Below are positions 1 to 7,569 of a stretch of DNA of 64,000 nucleotides, in pieces. The DNA is from Desulfatiglandales bacterium (GTDB taxonomy: Bacteria > Desulfobacterota > DSM-4660 > Desulfatiglandales > Desulfatiglandaceae), in NCBI GenBank assembly GCA_963662465.1, contig OY759599.1, forward strand, positions 3,104,001 through 3,168,000, written 5' to 3'. Position 1 is the stretch's first letter, and each line of letters begins with the position of its first letter. A program made the translations under genes and the position numbers. Under the pieces are notes generated by a model that was not told where the DNA came from, ran no database searches, and was given only the letters and a program-made list of their open reading frames with translations.

Positions 1-21
1 CCTTTCTCACTGAAACTTTGT

Positions 22-1071
22 TCAGAATCCCAGCGCAAAGAGAATACCGCCACTGAGAAGCCCAAAAACCATATTAAACACCTTGATAAGCACTGAGTCC
101 TTCAGGCTGTACGAGAGAAGGGGAAGCATCCCATGGCCATCCTGAACAAATGATGTGGTGAAGAGTACCGAAAAAGGGATAAGTCCCTGCGCATACATCA
201 TTACGAATATTAGATGCGGCCCTGATTCGGGAATGAGCCCAATCAAAGCGCCGACAAGCAAGACCGATATCATATGCTCGTGAATAAAAGCATCCAGGTT
301 CCAGAAAGCGAGGCCCCAATGCACAAAAAGGAGAGCGCCGAAGCTCCACAAAAAGACACGGAAAAGGTGTTTCTTGATGATGTGTTCCCAAATATGGGAG
401 TGAAGGTAATGTTCAGAGCAAAGCGATATAATGTATAGCGTGCATATTGAAAGGGACAAAAAAGTAATCCGTTTCCATCCCCATGTGGAGGGTCCAAGAG
501 TCCCTGACAGGACCAAAACGAGGAAGGAGAAAATAAGCACAAGGAGAAGAAAGCGGGTGAAGGAAAAGGGATGAAAATTTTTAAGGATATTCGATGGTCT
601 GAAAATATCGCTGAGTTTCTCCTCATGCTCGTTGCTGGACTGGCATTCTTCACACGCGATATCCGCGCATGATTCACAGGGTACAATCCGTAAAACCGGG
701 ACAAGCTTATCGCTTACCCAGGCGAAAAAAATACCCAAAACGAATAATAATAAAAAGAGCGCCAGGGCCGTGCCCGGGAACTGGGAAAGCATGACAAAGG
801 CTTCGTCTCCAGAGGTGGCAATCATTCCACCCACGATAGCCCCGAAACTGATCATGCCGTGGACATACAGACTCACATTCATGAAAGCGCCGAGACAGCC
901 GGGGGTAGAACCCAAGAAAGACGCTAAAGTATACTGTCGCCATGGCCCCCCCTTAATGATATCCGACATGCGTCTCTTACTGGCTGCATCGATAAAGTCA
1001 ACCAGGAGCATCATCACAAAGACAAAGACAGTGATCATCACGGCATGTATGAATATTGGGAATAGATCCAT
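22..1071 (-). CDS. Putative manganese/heavy-metal transporter (DUF2899/ArsP_2-like multi-TM protein)
   Basis: 349 aa, about 10 hydrophobic segments; motifs LGSTPGCLGAF, IATSGDEAFV, GLIPESGPH, VQDGHGMLPLL; Cys-rich loop CESCADIACEEC. Confidence 0.75.
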   Translation of the reverse strand: MDLFPIFIHAVMITVFVFVMMLLVDFIDAASKRRMSDIIKGGPWRQYTLASFLGSTPGCLGAFMNVSLYVHGMISFGAIVGGMIATSGDEAFVMLSQFPGTALALFLLLFVLGIFFAWVSDKLVPVLRIVPCESCADIACEECQSSNEHEEKLSDIFRPSNILKNFHPFSFTRFLLLVLIFSFLVLVLSGTLGPSTWGWKRITFLSLSICTLYIISLCSEHYLHSHIWEHIIKKHLFRVFLWSFGALLFVHWGLAFWNLDAFIHEHMISVLLVGALIGLIPESGPHLIFVMMYAQGLIPFSVLFTTSFVQDGHGMLPLLSYSLKDSVLIKVFNMVFGLLSGGILFALGF

Positions 1072-1092
1072 TTGTTCAATCCAAGCTTGCGT

Positions 1093-2214
1093 CTATTTTG
1101 GCGTTTCCCCCCAATTCTTTGCCTTTAGCAAAACCACGGTGAAAACTGAGCCTTTCCCCGGTTCACTCTTAACAAAGACGCGTCCCCCATGACCCTCCAC
1201 AATGGCCTTTACCACAGCCAATCCCAAACCGAAGCCCTCTTTTCTCTCCGTATCTCCGCTTTGACGAAAGCTATCAAAAATATAAGGCAATTCATCCTGT
1301 TCTATCCCCATCCCCTCGTCTTTTACCTCGACCACAACCTCTTCAGCAGTTTCATGGGTTGAAATGGTAATCGTTCCTTTTTCCTTTGAAAATTTAATGG
1401 CGTTGTCTAAAAGATTGGTAAAAACCCTGCGCAACTGACCGGTATCCGCCATGATAATCGGCAGTGCCTCCTCATTTTCAAGTGTCAGGGTAATACCGGA
1501 TTCATACGCTTTTAGCTGGTAGGAGTCTGAAAGCTCCATCAATTCTTTATCCAGGGATGTGGCGCTGAAATTAAATTTCAATCTTCCCATCTGCAACCTG
1601 GAAAACTCCAAAAACTCGGTAACCAGGGATTCAAGCTTGCCGGATTCATTTTTGATAATGCCGAGATATTTCTTTTGCTTTTCCTCATCAATCTGTCTTG
1701 CTTTCTTCAACAGTCGAAGAACAAACCCACCGATAATGGTGAGTGAGGATTTCATGTCATGGGCAAACATGGAAATAAGATTGTCCTTTTCCCGTTCCAG
1801 ACTTTTTAAATGCGAAATGTCATGAAAAGACTCCACGCCTCCGATAAGAAGATCTTCATCGTCAAACAACCCCGCCGTATTGAACCTGACCGGAATCGTT
1901 TCATCCCATTTATTAACGATGGTCGTTTCAACAAACGATACGGGCTTATGGCCGTTCATGGCGGTTTTTAACGGGCAGTCGGTAAGACACATACCGCCTT
2001 TAAGGATCTCACCGCAATACTTTCCCAGGGCCTCTTTTTTGGAATATCCGGTTATTTTTTCGGCCCAGGGATTAAAGTCGGTAATTTTCAGATCCGCGTT
2101 GACCGTAAGAACTGCGGCGGGAAGGCTATCAATGACAAAGCGGTAGAAGGCAACATCTTGGAAGTCTTTTTTATCGCCGGCGGTTATCTTCAAATCTTTA
2201 GAGATATTGTCCAT
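1093..2214 (-). CDS. PAS-domain sensor histidine kinase
   Basis: PAS (FNPWAEKITGYSKKEALGK), H-box FAHDMKSSL, N-box NLLDNAIKF, G-boxes DEGMGI and GFGLGLA. Confidence 0.9.
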   Translation of the reverse strand: MDNISKDLKITAGDKKDFQDVAFYRFVIDSLPAAVLTVNADLKITDFNPWAEKITGYSKKEALGKYCGEILKGGMCLTDCPLKTAMNGHKPVSFVETTIVNKWDETIPVRFNTAGLFDDEDLLIGGVESFHDISHLKSLEREKDNLISMFAHDMKSSLTIIGGFVLRLLKKARQIDEEKQKKYLGIIKNESGKLESLVTEFLEFSRLQMGRLKFNFSATSLDKELMELSDSYQLKAYESGITLTLENEEALPIIMADTGQLRRVFTNLLDNAIKFSKEKGTITISTHETAEEVVVEVKDEGMGIEQDELPYIFDSFRQSGDTERKEGFGLGLAVVKAIVEGHGGRVFVKSEPGKGSVFTVVLLKAKNWGETPK

Positions 2215-2333
2215 AAGCCCCTTCCTTCATCACTTCAGGAAAAAAATGCGCCAGCACCATGGAAATGGCGCCTTCCAGAAGTGCTTCAGACTCCATGAGG
2301 GTCGCTATAAAACCGCGGCTTGCCGCACAAGAA

Positions 2334-2357
2334 AGTTGTCAGTTATCAGTTGTCAGT
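2334..2357 (+). repeat. Heptamer tandem repeat (AGTTRTC)x3
   Basis: agttgtc agttatc agttgtc agt read directly; reverse complement of the array at 2475-2504. Confidence 0.85.
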
Positions 2358-2460
2358 AACGGCGTATCGATATTGATCTATTTTCACTAGGGATTTGCTG
2401 AGTCCCACGAGCCTCGCATTGTGAAGTTCTCTTCCAAACTTCCAAGTCCTCAAATTTCAA
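2353..2460 (-). pseudogene. 5' remnant of a four-helix-bundle (23S rRNA IVP-like) gene
   Basis: GGAG RBS, TTG start, then LKFEDLEVWKR (typical N-terminus of the family); similarity lost after about 11 codons; flanked by heptamer arrays. Confidence 0.6.
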
Positions 2461-2474
2461 AATAATCTCCAGCC

Positions 2475-2504
2475 CTGACAACTGATAACTGACAACTGAT
2501 AACT
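2475..2504 (+). repeat. Heptamer tandem repeat (CTGAYAA)x4
   Basis: ctgacaa ctgataa ctgacaa ctgataa ct read directly. Confidence 0.85.
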
Positions 2505-2531
2505 TTTTCTTTGGGTTACAGGTCTCCCGCT

Positions 2532-3434
2532 TTAGTTTACAACCCAAACCGCATGATTCTTAGCCATATTAATGAGTTTGTTGCTGACGGTTCCCATGAG
2601 GAAATCTCTCACCCTGGAAAGCCCCCTTCTGCCCACAACGATGGTCCCATACCCCCCATCCTCTGCTTCCTGGACTACGGCAGCCGCGCGACTCCGCACG
2701 CCCGTGATAATTTTGGTGGTGATCCGATCCGAATCAAATCCTGATTGTACCAACACGCTCTTGGCTTCATCAAAAACCCCATTCATCTCCATTTTTCGCT
2801 CGTTCACATATTCCGGATTATCGCTTCTGATTACATGGATAAGTCCAGCATCAAAATCGGACCCACCCAACAGGCTTCCCACATAGTCTACCGTACGCAT
2901 GGCGTTCTCCGAACCATCCAAGCCCAGAAGCACTGACCCTGACGAAGGTTTTTTACCGACCACCAGAATGGGAACAAAGGAAATTTTCCCGATGAGTTTT
3001 GTTGCAATACTCCCCAGCACAAGATCTTTCAGGTTGCTCATGCCTTTTCTGCCCACCAAGACACCATCGTAGTCCCGTTTTGCCTCTTTTGCGATATCTC
3101 GCGCAAAGCCGCTTTGTCTGTTCTGAATTTTCACGTTTACGGATTCCTCGGGAAAACCGGCACGCCGGAGAATTTTCTCCGCTTTTTGCATATATTCCTG
3201 AATGGCTTTTTCACGTTCCTTGTCCCAAGCCCTGGCCTCGCTCATCCGCCAGGCAACGGAGCTGTTCCTTTCCAGATCCCAATATCCTTCAGGTATCTTA
3301 CTGTGGACGTTGAATAACACCATCTCCATTTCCCGAAATGCCGGGATTTTGGCCACGTACCTGACAATTTCCAAAGCATTTTCGGATCCGTCCACTGCCA
3401 GCAACATTTTCTTTTTACTCTTATCCGTCATCAT
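2532..3434 (-). CDS. Universal stress protein with tandem UspA domains
   Basis: Two copies of LAVDGSENA/LGLDGSENA and VGRKG..LVLGS / VGRRG..FLMGTVS motifs. Confidence 0.9.
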   Translation of the reverse strand: MMTDKSKKKMLLAVDGSENALEIVRYVAKIPAFREMEMVLFNVHSKIPEGYWDLERNSSVAWRMSEARAWDKEREKAIQEYMQKAEKILRRAGFPEESVNVKIQNRQSGFARDIAKEAKRDYDGVLVGRKGMSNLKDLVLGSIATKLIGKISFVPILVVGKKPSSGSVLLGLDGSENAMRTVDYVGSLLGGSDFDAGLIHVIRSDNPEYVNERKMEMNGVFDEAKSVLVQSGFDSDRITTKIITGVRSRAAAVVQEAEDGGYGTIVVGRRGLSRVRDFLMGTVSNKLINMAKNHAVWVVN

Positions 3435-3443
3435 TAATCCTCC

Positions 3444-4055
3444 TTAATTTGTTTTAATTCCCACGCGCTTTTCCGCCGCATGGCGGACGCGACCCTGAAG
3501 CCTGGTGTAGTTTCTTACCATGTCTTCTCTAACAGCAGGGTTGTGAAGAAGGGCGGCAGGATGCCGCACCGGAATTATTTCCTGATCGCCCACCATAAAA
3601 ATGTGGCCATAGACGCTATGAAATTCCGCTTTAGGAGGGCGTGCAATACCATATTTTATAAATATGTACCGGGTTGCATAATAGCCCAGCGGGACCAGGA
3701 TTCCGGGTCTTACCGCCTCTATCTCGCGATCCAGGAATTGGCCGCAAGCTTCAATTTCGTCCGCCTTCGGCTTTCTGTTTTTGGGGAGCAAGCATTTTAT
3801 GAGATTGGTCATATAGATATCTTTCCGGCTGATCTCTATCCTGCCCAACATCTCATTGAGAACCATTCCGGAGGGACCAATAAACATGATCCCTTCTCTA
3901 TCCTCATTTTCTCCAGGCGCTTGGGCAACGAGCATCAATTGGGCGGAGGTATCCCCTTCCCCGCAAACAGCATTTTTTCTACTTTTGGCCAATCCACACC
4001 GATCACAACGCCTGATCTCTTTATTCATCGCATCGATATCATCCGCTATACCCAT
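3444..4055 (-). CDS. Uracil-DNA glycosylase, family 4
   Basis: CDRCGL Fe-S cysteines, AQAPGENED, FIGPSG, TNLIKC, HPAALL; start placed at MGIADD (ORF extends to 4085). Confidence 0.88.
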   Translation of the reverse strand: MGIADDIDAMNKEIRRCDRCGLAKSRKNAVCGEGDTSAQLMLVAQAPGENEDREGIMFIGPSGMVLNEMLGRIEISRKDIYMTNLIKCLLPKNRKPKADEIEACGQFLDREIEAVRPGILVPLGYYATRYIFIKYGIARPPKAEFHSVYGHIFMVGDQEIIPVRHPAALLHNPAVREDMVRNYTRLQGRVRHAAEKRVGIKTN

Positions 4056-4250
4056 TGGGAGATCTCCCTGCACCTGGAACCTCACTCAACTCTCTAAATC
4101 CTTCCTTTCAAATTTCTTCTTCTTTGTCTGTTTTTTTCCTTTTCGTTTCACTTTGATATTACACGTTAGTACCTTATTTTCAGGTTTTATGTCACGAAAA
4201 ACAAGAAATTCATTGTCAGGAAAACTTAAAACTTAAAAATGACCCGTCAA

Positions 4251-5264
4251 TCACAAACCAATGCCATCAATTCGGGCCCCGCATAGAGGGCAATGCCCAT
4301 TCTCCAACCGATTCCGCAATAAGCTGAGTCCGTAGCGCTCTATCAGCAAAGCGCCACAGGCATGGCAGTAGGTATTTTCTCCGGCCTCTCCGGAGACATT
4401 GCCCGCGTAAACATATCGCAGACCCTCTTCCATGCCGATTTCACGGGCCATCCGGATGGTTTCAAGAGGCGTTCGGGGTTTGTCCACCATCTTGTATGTG
4501 GGATAGAACTGTGTAACGTGCCAGGGAATCTCAGGGCCGACACCCTTAATAAATTGAGCGATATCCCGCAGCTCCCGGGGTTGATCATTCAGCCCTGGAA
4601 TAATAAGCGTTGCAACTTCCACCCAGACGCCAAGCGATTTCATCAACCGGACCGATTCCAGCACCGGCTTGAGACGGGCGCCGCAAATCTCTTTATAGAA
4701 ATTATCGGTAAACGCCTTTATATCTATATTGACGGCATCTAAATAGGGCGCAATTTTAACGATGGCCGCCTCACTCATATAGCCATTGCTGACGAAGATA
4801 TTTTTCAGGCCCTCCCTTTGGGCCAGAACAGCGGTATCATAAGCAAATTCGAAAAAAACGGTCGGTTCGGTATAGGTATAAGCGATTGTTCGGCAACCGG
4901 CGGTTTTTGCGGCCGCAACAATCTGCCCGGGGGTTCGAGGTTCTCCGCGAACTTCCCCTTTGTTCTTACGGGGGTATTGGGAGATGTCGAAGTTCTGACA
5001 ATGCTTGCAGCGGAAGTTGCAGCCCATCGTTCCCAATGAATAGGCTGTTGTGCCGGGGAAGAAGTTGAACAATGGCTTTTTCTCAATGGGGTCCACATGC
5101 TCGGCAATAATCTTACCGTACACCAGGCTGTAAAGGCTGCCCCTTTGGTTTTGCCTCACACCGCAAATGCCCAGCTTGTCCTCCTGGATTTTGCACCGGT
5201 GATTGCATAAATTGCAACGCACAACGCTATGGTCAAGGCACTTATAAAGCATGGCTTCATTCAT
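4251..5264 (-). CDS. amrS: AmmeMemoRadiSam system radical SAM enzyme
   Basis: CNLCNHRC, VDPIEKKPLF, CNFRCKHCQN (CxxxCxxC), YTYTEPT, C-terminal CxxC pairs. Confidence 0.92.
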   Translation of the reverse strand: MNEAMLYKCLDHSVVRCNLCNHRCKIQEDKLGICGVRQNQRGSLYSLVYGKIIAEHVDPIEKKPLFNFFPGTTAYSLGTMGCNFRCKHCQNFDISQYPRKNKGEVRGEPRTPGQIVAAAKTAGCRTIAYTYTEPTVFFEFAYDTAVLAQREGLKNIFVSNGYMSEAAIVKIAPYLDAVNIDIKAFTDNFYKEICGARLKPVLESVRLMKSLGVWVEVATLIIPGLNDQPRELRDIAQFIKGVGPEIPWHVTQFYPTYKMVDKPRTPLETIRMAREIGMEEGLRYVYAGNVSGEAGENTYCHACGALLIERYGLSLLRNRLENGHCPLCGARIDGIGL

Positions 5265-5342
5265 CGTATTGACCTCGGTCCCTAAAAAAGGAATTAAATT
5301 GTTTCAATATTAAACCTTAGCATATTTATTTCTTTTTTTTGA

Positions 5343-5358
5343 AGCACAATATATGCCA
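5343..5358 (-). promoter_or_regulatory. Sigma54 (-24/-12) promoter upstream of amrS
   Basis: Minus strand TGGCATATATTGTGCT, GG-N10-GC spacing, about 80 nt before the amrS start. Confidence 0.55.
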
Positions 5359-5615
5359 AGAATTCGACAGTTTAATATTGCCCCCAAATTCATAACGTCA
5401 GCGATATGGCCAATTGCCATATATCCCAATTGACCATCCAATGTTCGCAAAATTTCGCACATTATCTTTTCCAACCTGGAAAATACCCTGACACCTCGGG
5501 CCCATGAATAGAAAGATCTCTACCCATGGGATGAAAGGCCGTAACCGGATTGATACACACGGAATTTTGGTTCATTAGTGTCTTTTTTCATCCGAAACCT
5601 CTCATCTGTTTCCGG

Positions 5616-5631
5616 TGGCACACTTTATGCT
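5616..5631 (+). promoter_or_regulatory. Sigma54 (-24/-12) promoter upstream of the STAS-like gene and hsp20
   Basis: TGGCACACTTTATGCT, GG-N10-GC spacing, about 70 nt before 5704. Confidence 0.6.
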
Positions 5632-5703
5632 CATCAAGGAAGTCAAATTTGGTTATTTTAAACCCAAACACACTAAAAAGTTGGAAAGGAGGGTCTCACA
5701 CCA

Positions 5704-5994
5704 ATGGCATCCAATTTTAGAATCCTCAGACATCAAAACGGCGACAACCTTCACCTGAGACTCGCGGGCAACTTTGACGGGACATCCGCGTGGGAAGTAT
5801 TCAACACCTTGAAAAAAGAGAGCCCGAAAGTTTCAAAGGTCTTTATCCATTGCAGTTGCCTGGAAGAGATAGACCCCTTCGGCCGAGATGTGTTTCAGGA
5901 CAATATGAAAGAACTACGAAAAGATTGCACGGCTTTTTTGTTCACCGGGGAAAAATCCAAGCAAATTGCACCTGAACAGAGGTGGCATAGGTAA
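5704..5994 (+). CDS. Small STAS-like protein
   Basis: 96 aa; LHLRLAGNFDGTSA...LEEIDPFG resembles an STAS/anti-anti-sigma fold; RBS AGGAGG. Confidence 0.65.
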   Translation: MASNFRILRHQNGDNLHLRLAGNFDGTSAWEVFNTLKKESPKVSKVFIHCSCLEEIDPFGRDVFQDNMKELRKDCTAFLFTGEKSKQIAPEQRWHR

Positions 5995-6074
5995 CGTTAC
6001 AAGGATGACACTGGTAACGTTTTTGGGAAATAGAACGGGGAGGGTGCTAAAAAAAACGCAAGGAGGTAATCGAT

Positions 6075-6518
6075 ATGGAATTAGTTCCGTGGAAACCCTT
6101 TGGAGAAATCAGTTCATTTCGAGGAGAGATGGACAAACTTTGGGATCGGTTTTTTGGGCAAAGGCCATTGGCTGGAACATTCTCGGAAGAATGGATGCCG
6201 TCGGTGGACATTTCGGAAACCGAGGATCAGCTTCTGATTAAGGCGGAGTTGCCCGGTCTGGAAACAAACGACGTCAATGTGAGCATCTCGGGAGACCTGC
6301 TGACCATAAAAGGTGAAAAGAAAAAGGAAAAAGAAGAAAAGGATGAGCATCATCATTATGTAGAGCGATATTCCGGATCTTTTGAGCGTTCATTTCGAAT
6401 CCCCATGAACATTAAAACCGATAAAATCGAGGCAATCTTTGACAAGGGCGTCTTGAAACTAACCCTTCCAAAAGTGGAGGAAGCCAAGAAAAAAGAAATT
6501 GAAATCAAGGTTAAGTAA
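6075..6518 (+). CDS. Hsp20/alpha-crystallin small heat shock protein
   Basis: PSVDISETE, AELPGL, LTIKGEKK, ERYSGSFERSF, FDKGVLKLTLPK; RBS AGGAGG. Confidence 0.95.
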   Translation: MELVPWKPFGEISSFRGEMDKLWDRFFGQRPLAGTFSEEWMPSVDISETEDQLLIKAELPGLETNDVNVSISGDLLTIKGEKKKEKEEKDEHHHYVERYSGSFERSFRIPMNIKTDKIEAIFDKGVLKLTLPKVEEAKKKEIEIKVK

Positions 6519-6568
6519 CGCTATTTCGCGCCCTCCCCGGGGCCAACTGATTAGCATGAAAATAGGCC

Positions 6569-6622
6569 TTGATTATCGTTTCGGCCAACGTTGATATTGT
6601 TGGCAGCCGAAACAATAATCAA
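6569..6622 (+). terminator. Long hairpin downstream of hsp20
   Basis: TTGATTATCGTTTCGGC ... GCCGAAACAATAATCAA, 17-bp arms with one mismatch. Confidence 0.45.
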
Positions 6623-7157
6623 AACCAAATGCCCCAATTTATGTTATCCGAAAAATGAGGCAAACAATACCATTATCTATACCTAAAGTTACGCTTATTG
6701 ACTTGAAAAAGATTCCTCTTAAGCCGTTCATGATCAATCTGCCGGAACGAGCTTCGAGAAAAACATGGGTTATGAGGTTTCACTGTCAAAAAGCATGCCA
6801 AACATCCCAAAAGCCAATATCGGTTATGATATTAAGCAGTTATCCTCAGAAATAACGTCGGTGAAAACTCTCCATATTTCGACACAGTTCACCTTTGCTC
6901 GACAAAGATGTCGATTCCATGGGGTGAGATCGAACATCTGGCGGCAAATTTTCTGTAGATTGAGAAAAACCGAAAAAGAGATGGCCAATGCTTAAGGATT
7001 GGGTACAACTTTTTCAAGCAGCGTCTCTTTTCAAGGGGTAGAAACAAATAGAATTGCAAGAGAAGATTGTTGACATCCTTCACAGTCCGCATTCAAACAG
7101 TCGTTCAGCTCACAAACCAGTCTGCGGGGCGTATAACCCGTAATATAAAGCTTCAAT

Positions 7158-7308
7158 TTATACACCAATATCCCCCTCGATGATCGCATGCCCTTCCAGA
7201 ATTGCCGCTGTGATGGCTCGGATTTGATCGAGTCCGATGGGTTTCATCAAAAGCTCAAAGTCTATCCCACATTTTCGAGCATCCGCCAATTCATCGAAAA
7301 ACTCTCGC
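7158..7308 (-). pseudogene. 3' remnant of a receiver-domain (response regulator) gene
   Basis: REFFDELADARKCGIDFELLMKPIGLDQIRAITAAILEG resembles receiver alpha4-beta5(KP)-alpha5; no own start, out of frame with kaiB. Confidence 0.5.
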
Positions 7309-7506
7309 GGGGTGCATTTTAACCAGCGTCGGGGTGAGGATAATCCCTTCTTTCCGGGCCAGATCGGACCGCTCCAACACATCGATGATGCCAAAGGTCA
7401 CTGCACCTTTGAACTTGTCTTTACAAAGGTCCATAAAATCCCGGACGGCCTTTTTGGACCTGGGTGTGTCGCCTGCGATATACAGCGTAAGCTCAATTTT
7501 TTCCAT
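7291..7506 (-). pseudogene. kaiB: KaiB-family protein, C-terminally truncated
   Basis: LTLYIAGDTPRSKKAV...IIDVLERSDLARKEGIILTPTLVK is a KaiB signature; stops at 71 aa before the usual RRIIGDLS tail. Confidence 0.75.
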
Positions 7507-7569
7507 TCATCCGCCCCCAGGTTTAACAGGTGGTTCATTACCTGTCATTCTTCAATTCCGCATTCCCCC

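Noticed and set aside
6024..6050. CIRCE (HrcA) operator before hsp20
   Set aside because: Only a right half-site-like GGGTGCTAA; the left arm does not match
6625..7150. Short ORFs 6655-6855 and 6765-6995, and an IPWGEIE peptide reminiscent of IS5-type transposases
   Set aside because: No RBS-supported ORF or extended similarity and no terminal repeats; left as unexplained intergenic or decayed DNA
7291..7293. Selenocysteine readthrough of the kaiB TGA
   Set aside because: The position is not a Cys site in KaiB and no convincing SECIS hairpin follows
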